From Seison nebaliae (taxonomy: Eukaryota): 64,000 nucleotides of DNA. The position numbers and the translations under genes are program-made. Position 1 is the first letter of the stretch; every line of letters begins with the position of its first letter. Of this stretch, positions 16,401 through 28,356 are shown one piece after another. Location of the stretch: NCBI GenBank assembly GCA_023231475.1, contig JALJEE010002741.1, forward strand, positions 1 to 64,000, read 5' to 3'. A model generated the notes under the pieces. The model saw nothing but the letters and a program-made list of their open reading frames with translations, was not told the origin of the DNA and did no database searches.

Positions 16401-16813
16401 ATCAATTTAAAGTGATGTTTTGATACAATACAATAATCATTCAAATGCCAGAAACTTTCGAATTTCATGTCAGGCATATTTGAACTTTCATAATTACTTA
16501 AAATCTCTTCAACAAACTTATCATGAAAATTTTCCAATGCTCTCTTCTTTAATCCTTCCAATGTGAATTCATCGATTTCCGTCTCACCAAAATAATAATG
16601 GACGGAAGATACCTTTCTCTGCAACGCATATTCTTCATATGATTGTTCATCAATCGATAAGGATGATAAGAATGCTCGATCTTTCAATTGTTTCCGATAA
16701 TACTTCCGAAATTGTTTGGGCAGGTCACTAAATGAGATTAGGAATATTGTATGATATTTTCCTCTTTGGTGGTTTGGTTGATGCATATTATCACATCTCA
16801 ACCATCGAAGCAT
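13481..16813 (-). CDS. UBAC1: UBAC1/KPC2-like protein (two UBA domains and an STI1-like segment), intronless, with long low-complexity expansions
   Basis: UBA1 LMDMGFDKHRCIVALRKFNNKFDSAMDWLLE, UBA2 FRPHRQSLEKLMQLGF, and STI1-like ALLENSIVQMNLSNPKTL occur in the UBAC1 order. Confidence 0.75.
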   Translation of the reverse strand: MLRWLRCDNMHQPNHQRGKYHTIFLISFSDLPKQFRKYYRKQLKDRAFLSSLSIDEQSYEEYALQRKVSSVHYYFGETEIDEFTLEGLKKRALENFHDKFVEEILSNYESSNMPDMKFESFWHLNDYCIVSKHHFKLISEKMELMNMKKYLEYNHQLTNIENVEDILSFLIIKSPNSLRLNRYLNDEMSMKNQHPIERIDSNWENYNYYSHCSHLVDINGKVGSGDTHISSDTDVLLSGTSASSSSSVRMETNQDNNSILFNLQMKNKLNEFNDDSIDHLIDNEDNGIYCDLIGAPIINSNDLYHRNKSIKSEIDHQKKETTKTNKTRTKKYRLFGSTPYTSIPSTTTTSPTNNIGSTTVNHAQNSTIITTSTATSVTSKKEIVCESNSKCQNVSDHIEDNSSNIQMNEFHLHSRNMKRKVFNRHKRRTTESHQLTFYEIVKILVTLIEESQRLVAYSPYSYLVMDEAKEMMKRSINPNGIVRFHSKPGKQLSEFDDILSSFNVNTEHLNDLMDMGFDKHRCIVALRKFNNKFDSAMDWLLEESKKTSSNSLKNKDSNTTNQNIGNNMSYVHLTTSIPTTSTSSITSPSEKSEMKEEVEDVEESIVDIDNRLHIDTLIADMRQIQHDHFRPHRQSLEKLMQLGFPADFITEMLKHTKNNPSQSLDLLLDEKCYWAIRRYRSSQEELRKYFQNHSNERKRKYFNKSFAQHNPLLCHHSISDELNENEKSISSYIPSLSAFYEPSLKGLPRNSQMRRALLENSIVQMNLSNPKTLILLLHHLEDRSTEEGFKLEGEIGSLFSQIHRIYQQYQKEPISKFYSQLNCTRHHERNDLSCVDRVLEDKKYEKKRLGEKKEKLDIEKYEKNQYEHLNDSDDSLSDVDIDEMEEEYGEGLIKSNPKMLRAMLYNQKNALVHFMKSSYADDSNQNNGILNEEEFEDIQLNSPVNSNQISRQESTDAFPFCYNNSCEQLEESNDVSITNQQSSSSHNRSTCHVSVAYHLPQSKKIATISNIPSDDNDPENDDDNDDDDEIDQDNSEDFINSLLPLNNFHESSTTSNIITSQEREGELMKSIENSSSSLTRDNNNNNSEIIRPKNRSELKLDNCGTCSPNN

Positions 16814-17179
16814 TTGGCGGTTAAATAAATTGAAACATTTCCTTCTCTTTCACAGGAAATGTTTTCTTCTTTCTCTTTTCTACTAAATATTGTTTTCCTT
16901 TTTTTCTTCTACTAAATGAGAAAAAGGTAATGGAATGGAACGGAATTGACTGTTTCGATTGAATAAATAAATAAATAATTATTTTTGATTTAAAATAAAA
17001 TAATAAACATCTATCAATGAACAGAAAGAATTAATATCAATTATCGAAATAAACGATGGTGATGATAATATGTTGTCATTAGTTTAAAGTGACAACCAAA
17101 AAAGAAAATATCATTATAACAAACAAAACAACAACAATAAATTGTCGATAAGAAAAAATAAAAATTAATAAGAATAAAA

Positions 17180-18097
17180 TTAATCATCTTCTTTTGGTAA
17201 CATGTCACTATCTTCTCTAACATCAAAATTCTCTCCGTATTGAATACAATTATCGAGAAGTAATGTCAATTGTTCTATTGATTCCTCATCATTCATATGA
17301 ATTGAAGAGAATTTCACTAAAGAATAGTCGTATAATGTTCTCTCTAAAATCTTTGTCAACTTTCCAAATTTGTTTGTAAAAGTTAATGGAGACGTTGAGG
17401 AAGAAGTTTCATCATCATCATTATTTTTGAAATTCATATCAAAATTATCATCATGAATTCCATCTGATGCTACACTGTAACCATAATCTAACATTTCCGT
17501 TGTATTCTCGTCTAACATGTCTTCGATTTGATTTCGATGTTTTGATGATAATAAATCCATTTTAGAAACGACATTCAATTGTGGCATTTCGAGATGCATC
17601 ATCGTCGATAAACCGGCTAATGATGCTGCAATATACTTCGATCTCTCAACAAGAAAATGAGCATCGATCACATAAAGGACGACGAGATTGAAATGAAGTT
17701 GTCTGGTGAGATGAGAGATGATATTAATCATTTCTGGACAATCAGTATATAATTCTAATTGACCCGGACAATCAAATAAATAAAACGTATCATCATCAAT
17801 TGATTCCATATTAATGAAACTCTCAAGAAAGTCCACATTCTCCGACAGATATTTTATGGCAAAGATCAATGCACCATTCGGTCCCAATCTCAATTCTTCA
17901 TCTTCTGCTATATCATCAACACTAATAAGATTTCGTACATCTCCATCAACATTATAATCGAAATGTTCAGCGGCTGGATCAAGATTTATGCACGAATGTC
18001 TTCGACGTATCGTTGAGAAATGAGAAGAGAGAATTGTACATAATGTCGATTTCCCAGCACCTGCTGGACCAACAACGAGAGCTCCATATCGTGACAT
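17180..18097 (-). CDS. GPN3: GPN-loop GTPase 3
   Basis: GPAGAGKST P-loop, INLDPAAE, LGPNG loop, FDCPGQLELY and C-terminal IQYGE. Confidence 0.93.
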   Translation of the reverse strand: MSRYGALVVGPAGAGKSTLCTILSSHFSTIRRRHSCINLDPAAEHFDYNVDGDVRNLISVDDIAEDEELRLGPNGALIFAIKYLSENVDFLESFINMESIDDDTFYLFDCPGQLELYTDCPEMINIISHLTRQLHFNLVVLYVIDAHFLVERSKYIAASLAGLSTMMHLEMPQLNVVSKMDLLSSKHRNQIEDMLDENTTEMLDYGYSVASDGIHDDNFDMNFKNNDDDETSSSTSPLTFTNKFGKLTKILERTLYDYSLVKFSSIHMNDEESIEQLTLLLDNCIQYGENFDVREDSDMLPKEDD

Positions 18098-18746
18098 TAA
18101 TAAACAGATTAAGGGAATTTCTTAAAAATTTCTTTTTCTAAAAATTCCCAATTAACCGATAACAACTAATAGAAGAAAGAAGAAATGATATGAAGTGATG
18201 ATGAAAATAATTGTCTTCATGTCGTAACATTTCTAAAGATTATCATAGGAATATATTTACGATGTTTCTAAAATATCATATCAATTTATATAAATATATG
18301 TTTAGAAGGAAGATGTAAGAGAAAAATAGAATTTCTCTACACATAAATTAATACAAGATTGTTTTCCTTATATAGATGTTGTCGATTTTATTATTTTCTG
18401 TTCTAATCTGGCAACAATATGGTAAAATTTAGTCACAGAAATATATGCAATCATTTCATTTCATTCTATACGACTATCACATGTAACATGAGAATATGTA
18501 TATACAAAATTACAATTACCTCCCAACAATTTAATAAAGTTTGGATGTCATAATAATGTATATTGACAACGAATAGAATAATTCTCACATATATTTTACT
18601 TTCTTCCCTTTATTTAGAAATTAAAGGAAAATTAATAGAGAAAAATCAAGAGACGAAAGTTTAATAAGTTTAACATTCTTTTTATCAAAACTACTTTTTC
18701 TATTTATCAAAAATTTAGCCAAATTATTCACAGATATTTTTCGAAA

Positions 18747-19164
18747 TCATATTTTCACATAATATTGATCTTCTTTGGCGATACCACAATCAGCGAGACC
18801 TTCCATTTCTGCATTGCATGCAATTCTTCCAGCTTTACCCAATGTCACTTTTCCTTCACTTTTCTTTTTATGGACAATTGGTCGCTTCTTCCCAAAAAAA
18901 TAGATGAGATATGCAATAACAGGTAATAATAAAAGTAGCCATAACAGTTGTTTTAATCCTGGTCCATAACTACCTCCAAAACAAATTATTTTATTCTTAT
19001 TGAAAATTTTAGTACCTGCAATTCTCATCATCCAATTTAGCTAGATGTGTCGTACAACAATATTTCCATTCACATACACCACAACAGTGTTTTCCTGAGT
19101 CACAATTCTTTTCATCATGACTCTTCCCGTACCAATCTGTATATGCTAAACAACTCATACTTTG
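18747..19164 (-). CDS. Shisa-like single-pass membrane protein (5' end unresolved). Exons about 19164-19016 and 18969-18747
   Basis: Minus-strand frame CLAYTDWYGKSHDEKNCDSGKHCCGVCEWKYCCTTHLAKLDDENC matches the Shisa cysteine pattern. It splices through a 46-nt intron to a TM helix LLWLLLLLPVIAYLIYFFG followed by a basic stretch. Confidence 0.7.
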
Positions 19165-20027
19165 CTAAATATATGTACTTAATCTTTTTGCTATTATTTG
19201 GTTATTCTGTGAATTTTTTGAAACGTGGAATTACACGTCACTTTATACTGATGTCCCATTTAATACAATGTCGGACTGTCCGTTTCTAGGAAAATAAATT
19301 AATTCGAAGAAAAATTATAACGTAAGTCTTAAAAATTAATTTTTATCTGATTCGATTTAAGAAGATCTGGGAGAAGATTTTGAAATTAAATTTTGGGCTT
19401 TTATCGATAAAATTTGATTAAATATTTAATTTAATAAATTAAGCTTAATGGTAGAAGGTAGTCCAAGCTAAATATTTGAGTAATAAATTCTGAAGACAAA
19501 GAATTTTTATGATGATAAGCTAATTTAGGTATACGAATATACTGAACTTCGTTACATACGAATTAAATAAAACTGCTTTTCATTGTGTTATTTGGTGGAG
19601 AAGAATATTTGAAATTTCTGTCTTAATTTTTTCCCTTAATAAATAATGAGACGAAACTATAACGAAACGACTGGACAACGTAAAGATGGGATAAATGTCA
19701 AAGTTAGTACATTTGGTAAGCATTTGATATTTGATGGTATGATGAGCGTAATTGATTCCACATAAGGAGCCGATTGCTCATTGGAAAAAATGAAGAAGAG
19801 AATGAAAATTTTTCCTAATAATTTAGAATAGGTATTGTATAGGAATAATTTTGTTTGATTTTTCTTCGTTCCACTCAAACTATCTCAATGACGACCAGTG
19901 ATACATATTACATATGTCTTATCTTTAAACAAATATCAGTAAATATATTGTGTGAATTTCATTGATAAATTTTCGATAAAAACCATTTCAATTTTCATAA
20001 TTTTATTCATTTTCAAATCATTTAAAG

Positions 20028-22736
20028 TTGAGATTGGGTCCCAATGGATATATTAAACATGATTCAACAGCGGGACGTCGACGTATTAAACAAATCCAGC
20101 ATCAAAAGCTCAAAAAGGTTCCGGAAGAGAAATTTGTCATGCCGACTGTCCAAATCGAAAATGATAATTATAAAAAAACGACAACCTTCACCAAGAATGT
20201 GAATAAGAATAATGTTGGAAATAAAGGAAATGATTTCGATCATCTACCAGATCGTGTAGTTATTGCCGATAATCGTGAAATGCGAATTAAGGAACCGATA
20301 ATTTGGGAGAATTCCGACCAGCGAAGAATTGAGAGTAGTGTCAGAAATGAAGTTTCTACTCGAGATTATCCATCACTACCCAAACCACGTGATGATTCTT
20401 GTATTGTTCATCAAGATCGATCGAATGATTTCAATTCCAATCATAATTATGTTGAAAGAGAAAAGAAGAAACCAGTTGAATTTTATATGGGAAAAAATCG
20501 AGAAGATGATTATATCAGATATCATGAAAACGATTATGATTCTTATCCGAAACCACATAACAATAACAGAGATCATTATTATAACAATAACAGGAGTTAT
20601 GTAAATAAACAGAGTGAAAGATCAAATCCACCAAATCAACGACATCGTTCTCCCGTACCTCCATTAAAACCACCATCCGATCCTCGACCTTATGACGTTA
20701 TTTATCGACGACGAGAATATTCACCAAACTATGAGAATGAGAGAAGAATTCGAATTACTAAAAGTCCAAAAGATCCGAGAGATCCGAGAGATCCGAAAAA
20801 AAGACGAATGGATTTTCATCGTCATACACCTTCTCCTGAATACAGATCAAATCCGACGAAAGAATTAGATTTGGATTATTTGAAAAGGAAACCAATGTCA
20901 CCCGATTTAACATATGACAATCGACCATATCGTAAAAGATCTGGTTCGCCATTGAAGAAATATGGTAAAGAAAGAAATGATTATTATCGTGATAGACGAA
21001 TGGATGACAATTATCGTCCAAATGAAATGAGTCGTCGAGATAATCGGAGAGATCGTCGGAATTATCCTGAAGAAGAATTCAATAGGAATCGTCAACAAGG
21101 TCGTCATCGTTCGCCAATAAAAGATATGCATAAAATGAAGAAAAATGTCGATAACAAATTTACAGATTTTCTTCGAAGGAAATCAGATTGGTTAGAAGAT
21201 GAACCAGAAAATGATAAAAGAGAGAAGGGAGATAATTATGAGAAATCTCTAAATCGAACTCGTGAGCGATCAATAGCTAGATTGATCGTGAGGAATTTGA
21301 AAGAGACGGTAACGAAGCGGGATATTTACGATTTGATGGCACCTTACGGAGAGATCGCCAATTGTCAAATGAATGAAGGAGCGGACAATCGGAGCGCGTA
21401 CGTCGATTTCACTAAGAGAAGAAATGCAGTAGATGCGGCAATCAAATATCATAGTCGAACATTGGACGGTTTGTAAATGAATAATTAAGTAGATGTGCTC
21501 ATCTATATTTAGTTCTTGTTGAATGAGACGAAATTTCTTGGAAACAGAGTCAGTCCTTTTCTTCTCATCAATTTTCCTCTTTCCATTCCGATAACGTAAT
21601 TTTAGTTTTCCCAATATATATTTATTTATTTTCTTATTTTACATTCCGTATGGACCAAAATTCCACAAACATGTCAATCTCCATCATATAATCCACAAAT
21701 CAAATCAATTAAATTCAATTCTTCCACAAATAAGATGAAGTTAATAGATGAAATGATAAAGAAAAATGTTACCATTATACAGATAAAGTACAAATAAATA
21801 ACTCAACACAAATATTTATTAAACAAGTGAATAATAAGACGATTATTCACCGTATTGGATTATTCAAATCAAGGACAATTCATGTGGAAAAGTAATTTCG
21901 GATATTGTTCTCAATTGGAAAATTAAATAAAGAAAAAAATGAATAAAATAAAGAAGAATTATTATAGTAAATGAATTGGAATGAATAAATCAATGAAATG
22001 ATTGACCAATAACCAATAAGAGAGGAATGATGAATAAATATCTCTTTGTAATTTTAATTCTTAAGTCACTCCCATGTCCATTTTTTTCTCAATCAACTAA
22101 TTTATTATATTCTCAATTTCCTCTTTTTCTTCTTCACTGAATTTCTTTATTGAAATTCAATAACTTTTTTATAGAACTAATGATTCTTCTCATTTTCTCT
22201 CCCACCATCCAAATATCTATGACTTTCTAGAATATGAAATGCAGATTGAAATTAAGAGTATCAACCAGACAACAAATACAATTCGAGATATCAAATTCGC
22301 AGAGAGGAGACCCAATCGACGACAAATGGATATAGTTCCATCGTCTTATAAGATATCTCGTAATGCAGATGTCGTGCCAATGGAAAGTGGAGGAGTACCG
22401 ACTCCTTTAGTTCGAAAAAATGATTTACCAGAATCGACGGCTGCTGTTGTGAGTAGCAATGCTTCTGCTGCTGCTGAGAAATATTATCAACGATTAACGA
22501 AAGATACGAAATTGAATCAGACGAAAAATCCACATATGCAACCATATTTAGGACCAATGAATTCAGGGTTAAATTTCTAAAATTAATTGAACCAAATTTG
22601 AATTGTGTTTTTTAGAACATTTATTAATTCAGTACGAAATGGAATTGTTGGAAGTGAAGCGTTGTATCTACACAATCCCCCGCCACCAATCATCGCCCCA
22701 CATCACTTACCACAATTTCCAACGAGTCAATATTGA
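20028..22736 (+). CDS. RRM protein of POLDIP3/ALYREF type with an Arg/Asp/Pro-rich N-terminal region. Introns 21469-22230 and 22568-22615; first exon possibly starts at ATG 19888
   Basis: RRM RLIVRNLKETVTKRDIYDLM...SAYVDF...AAIKYHSRTLD|EYEMQIEI. Splice phases are consistent and there is an acceptor AG at 20027. Confidence 0.7.
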
Positions 22737-23081
22737 AGTGGATTATCTAATAAATAATTAATTTTGTTTTATTCTTCTACTATTTTTTAATTGTTTCGCT
22801 CTCTAATCATTCTCTCCGATTAACCTCCACAAATAAACTTATTTTTATTTGAACACTTTACTAATTGTGAGAAGTAAATATAGCTCGAACGATAAATGAA
22901 AATGAGAAAACTATTTTCACTTTTGAATTAATTTTTCTTTCAAATATTTTTTTTCCATTTTTTTACCGAAAGTTTTATAATTTAATTTTTCTCCACCATT
23001 TTATCTCGCTTCCGATAATCCGTCAACATTTTCGGATTAACTTTTCAATCGTGATTAGTAAGTGGAAAATAAAGAAAAATT

Positions 23082-24538
23082 ATGCGAGAAATTGTTCACG
23101 TTCAAATAGGAAATTGTGGAAATCAAATAGGATCGAAATTTTGGGAAGTTATTTCGGATGAACACGGAATTGATCCGACAGGAACATATCATGGCGAATC
23201 CGATCTACAATTAGAGAGAGTTACAGTTTATTATAATGAAGCTATGAATGGACATTATGTTCCGAGAGCAGCATTAGTGGATTTAGATCCTTCAATGATT
23301 GAATCAATAATTGATACACCTTATGGTGGTTTATTTAAACCTGAAAATATTGTTACAGGTCATGTTGGTGCAGGAAATAATTGGGCGAAAGGACATTATT
23401 CACCTTTAGTTAATCCGGTAATGGATGTTATTAGAAAGGAAGCTGAAGCTACTGATGCAATGCAAGGCATTCAAATTACTCATTCGATTGGGGGAGGTAG
23501 TGGTGCAGGATTAGGAACAGGTTTAATTTAATAAGATTTTTAATAAAATTTATAATTTTAAATTAATATAAAGCATTAACTATGAGAATAGAAGAAGAAT
23601 TTCCAGATAAGATCGTTGAAACTGTTTCCGTTGTGCCATCACCTAAAGTATCAGATACTGTAGTCGAACCATATAACGCCACTTTAGCTTTCCATCATTT
23701 AGTCGAACATACTGATGAGACGTTTTGTATCGATAATGAAGCTTTATTTAATATTTGTATGAATACATTAAGAATTACAACACCAACATATATGGATCTT
23801 AATCATCTCGTATCTAGTGCCATGTCAGGAATAACAACATGTCTTCGATTTCCAGGTCAATTGAATGCTGATTTAAGGAAATTGGCAGTAAATATGGTTC
23901 CTTTTCCACGTCTACATTTTTTCATACCTGCTTTTGTCCCATTAACGAGTCGAAATAGTGTTCCTTATCAAGCCGTGTCTGTACATGAATTAGTTCATCA
24001 AATGTTTGAACCGGCTCATATGATGGCCGCTTGTAATCCAACAAACGGTCGATATTTATGTGTTGCATCTGTATTTCGTGGTCGAGTGAGTATGAAAGAA
24101 GTGGATGAATTAATGTCAAATGTTCAAATAAAAAATAGAAGTTCTTTCGTCGAATGGATTCCTAATAACGTGAAAACGGCCGTTTGTGACATCGCTCCTA
24201 GAGGACTGAAAATGTCAGCCACATTTATCGGAAATTCGACAGCAATTCAAGATTTGTTTCGACGGATTGCTGAACAATATTCAGCGATGTATCGTAGAAA
24301 AGCTTTCTTGCATTGGTATCTGAATGAAGGTATGGAAGAAGCGGAATTTATGGAAGCTGAATCCAATATGAATGATCTCATTTCCGAATATCAACAATAC
24401 GAAGAAAGTGATTTGAATGAAGATGAATTATATGATGAATTCGATGAATCACAAGATATACAGACTGAACATGAATCACCTGAACATGAAATTTATGAGA
24501 GAGCAGCATCAATTGGCACTCATCCAATAGAGGAATAG
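23082..24538 (+). CDS. TUBB: Divergent beta-tubulin; one 53-nt intron at 23521-23573
   Basis: MREIVH start, [53 protein letters not shown]. Splicing restores [12 protein letters not shown], collinear with canonical GTLLISKIREEY. Confidence 0.96.
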
Positions 24539-24898
24539 AATTTTAAAAAATAAATTTTTATGGAAGAAGGCAAATGTTTAATACGAGAAAAATGGATTTA
24601 TACCCAAACATAAAATACAAACACTCTGAATTGTAAACAATTTCTATTTTATTTTGTTTTCTTTTCGAAATTATTCCACCCCAACTTTTTATCCTAAATT
24701 CAACTAAAATGAAATTCAACGAAATTGAAATTTGAGTGAACAATCAAATTTTTTGACTCTAATTAATATTCTAATACCTACTTACTCTAGATATTGTTAA
24801 AACTTTACTAATTAAATATTCTCAGCATCAATATCAAATTCTCTTATTTATAGTTCACATTCTCATAGGCTCATTTTTGACAACACGAATACTGTAAG

Positions 24899-26435
24899 AT
24901 GGATACTGTACGATTTGAGAAGATGGATCAAACGAATATTATTAAGGGAAATGTCAAAGCTGAAATGGATATAAGACGACGCAACAAACGAGAAGAACGA
25001 AGATTAGATCATTTTGTTGAGAAGTTGGAAAAGAATCGTGTCAATCGAGTTCACACGACAAATTTGGATATGAACAAATTTATGAAATTAAGAAAAAGTC
25101 GATTTCCCAAATTACCTGAACCTCATTTCGTTAATATATTTCTTTCTTATTGTAATAAGTTCAAATGAAAAGGAATCGGAAAACAAAAACGATACTGTCT
25201 TAAATGCAACTGTCAAATTGACTGGGAAGAAGTTGAAAGCGATTCGAGAGAATGAACAGCGAAAAAGAAATCAAGTTCGACAAAGAATATCAACGCGAAC
25301 AATTTACAGTAGAAAAACAGGAGAAACAAATTCAACAAAACATCGAAGTAACAAGACGAGAACGACGACCGAAAGTAAAAATGATGGAAATACTCCACCA
25401 ACTGAAACAAGTAATCCACCTTATACTACATCTTCCCAATATAAGAGTAAGGAAGAACCGACTAGAAATGAAAATAGATTTTCGATAGAAACCGTCGAAT
25501 TTCCACCACCTCAATTTCAAAATGAACAAGATGCTATTCGAAGAGCATCGATAGTAAAGAAAGTAAGACAATATAATAGTGCACCATATCATAGTTTAAG
25601 AGATGATTATATTAAAGAAGGTACTACAATTTGTAGACGATTTAATATTTCAAATTTATTCGATTTGCCAACTATGGAAAAGACGCGATTGAGTGAAGAT
25701 TCGATTCCAAAAGATACTGAGTATGTTCAGTTACATCCACGATTACTCAAAAAACATCATTCACCTCAAAAATTTAGTAATTTCACTTTGCAAACATATT
25801 ATCCAAAAGCTTCGGCCGATCGTCCAAGTGTCCAAAATGTGAAATTGAATAAAAAATTAGGTTTGACTGATATCAAATATAAAGGAGATTGTCCGTTCCA
25901 ATCGAAACGATCTCTTTATGGACAACAACGTCCAAAACCAATCACTAATCATTATCAAGCTTTTGTTAAGGTAAAAAATCGGTTAACTGCCGACGTCAAT
26001 TACGACAAGAATCTCAATTCATATCAATTTGGAGGGGAAGATGAAGGAGATTCGTCGACATCCAAAAAACAGGAGGATGGACAAAAATGTTATACGACAC
26101 CGTTGAATGTGGTGGACCCACGATACAAAAAGACCACTGGTGATAGAGATTTAGAAAAACTATCTCAAGACAGAAAAGAAAGTTAATTTTCATTATCATA
26201 TTTAAATTGGGAGATTTTTGTGCATTTGTTAGGTAGTACAAAATTCCGATATCATTGTGAACGGATGGGATATATCAAAGCGCAAGAATATCAAGCTAAA
26301 TTTAAAAATATTACCAAATTCTCAATACCTGTTAGTGTGAATCGATTGAAATTGATACAGAATCATTTTTCTTCGGATAAATCATCATCGCTATCCAATG
26401 CAACACAAAGCGATCGCCAATCAAATATCGAATAA
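24899..26435 (+). CDS. Hypothetical basic protein with an N-terminal coiled coil; introns 25130-25172 and 26182-26232
   Basis: Three ORFs are joined in frame by two short GTT-AG introns. No domain confidently recognised. Confidence 0.7.
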
Positions 26436-26750
26436 TTTCAGACAAATTTTATTTTGTATAACTTTTATGGCAATCTATTTTTTAGGTTTCACATTTAAAA
26501 TTTTTCAGTTTTCAAAATATTTTCCTAAAATGTAAATTAAATTAAAATTTCGTTTTCAAATTTAGAAACTATAATTTGGAAATTTGATATGTTCATAAGT
26601 GAAATTATGTTTAGGGATTGTTTATGAGAAGAATGTGAAAAAGTGAAAGTTGAAAATATAAATTGTGGAAGTGAAAATAATAAATAAGAATGGATCATTA
26701 TCGAAATAATTCTTATAAAGAAAAAGAAGAAACATATCATAATTCTTTTA

Positions 26751-28356
26751 TTAAGTTAGTAAATCATTCGTCGTTTGATGATTTGTTGCCATTTGTTGTA
26801 GTGCTAATAAATTTAATTGTTGGTGTGTTTGTGGCTGCTGAAGTTTAATGGAAGATAAACTGTTTTGATCATTTATTGTCATTTGATTGTTTTGCAATTG
26901 TTGTTGATGTGTTTGATTTTGGTGATTTTGATGAGAATCGATTGGTGATGAATCTTGTTTATGTTCAATAAGTGACTGTGTTCGTTGATTAATAAGATAA
27001 TCTGAAATTTCATTTTGTTGTTGCATCTGTTGTTGGTGTAATTGGAGTAATCGAGCATAGTCTAATTTTTCGTTGGAGATATTATTATTTGAGACTAAGG
27101 AAATCGATTGCATATTATTTCCAACATTATTAGACGAAGATAAATTTTCATTAAAATTTAAATTTCCTATCAACTGATTTGTGGCAAGACAATCGTTATT
27201 CATCGTTTCATAAGAATAATTATTCTCATTACTTGACGATATCGGTTCCTTTTTCAATGATGTTGTTGTTGGATTCATATTACCGATCGTTTCATAATTA
27301 AAATTTGCTGCAACAGCTGCAGCAGCTGATAATGCATCAAATGATGTGAGATAATGTTGAGAATTCGATATACCGTTTGAAGTAATCATCGATTCTATTT
27401 AAATTAAAAATTTTATTATTCATAAAAAAAAATGTAACCTGTTGCTGCTGCAGCAATTGCTTGTTGATGATATAAGAGACCTTCGGTAAATTTCCTTCTT
27501 AACTTTTGTTCTTTCTTGTATTTCATTCGTCGATTTTGAAACCAGATTTTTATTTGTCTCTCCGACAAATTCAACATTGACGCCATTTCAATTCGACGTG
27601 GACGACAGAGATATCGATTGAAATGAAACTCTTTCTCCAATTCAACTAATTGGGAACTGGTATATGCAGTTCGGGCTCGTTTCGATGATGTACTGACACC
27701 AGAAAGTTCTGAATTATGTTCTTCCTTATCAGTTGAATCATGTTGAATATTTGATCTCTTTCTTTTCGTATCATTTACACAACCATTATTATTATTGTTA
27801 TTATTATCATTACTACTGTTTATTTCAGTTTGATTTGTATGATTATTATTATTGTTCGTTAAGGAATTATTGAGAAGTTTCTTTTGCTCATCGTTGTCGA
27901 AGAAATCATTATCTAATAAAATTCAGATAAAGATTAATTAGAAAAAGATTAAGATAATTAATATTTAATAAATTTTGGTTGATTCGTTTTAAATTATATT
28001 TTTATTGGATATATTTATTACATGTGTTCATGATTTTTTTCTTTTTCTTATCATATAATACGAATGGAGAAAAGAAGAAAAAGATACCGACTTGAAAAAG
28101 GTGAAGTTGATGTATCATCTGATTTTTTGGGTATGGCCAATGAGTTTGATAATGAGGAGCAACCGGAAGATGAAGATAACGGAGTTGGATTCTTCCATTC
28201 ATTCATATAACCATTTTCGTGATTACTTAACGGTTGTTGACGATGAAATGATTGTGTCTGCAATTGTTGAGGTAATTGCTGTGATAAATTGAAATATTTA
28301 TGGTTATTGTTATTGATAGGAGTGATAACGTTATTATTAAGAAAATTATCAGTCAT
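26751..28356 (-). CDS. Hox3: Hox3-class homeodomain transcription factor; three exons. Intron 27395-27438; first-intron acceptor near 27914, donor uncertain
   Basis: Homeodomain [60 protein letters not shown] has paralogue-group-3 residues (AYTSxQLVELE, YLCRPRR, MKYKK) and is followed by a long Q/N-rich C-terminus. Confidence 0.9.

Noticed and set aside
19505..19546. C/D box-like pair ATGATGA...CTGA
   Set aside because: Too short for a snoRNA, no terminal stem, and such motifs are common in this sequence.
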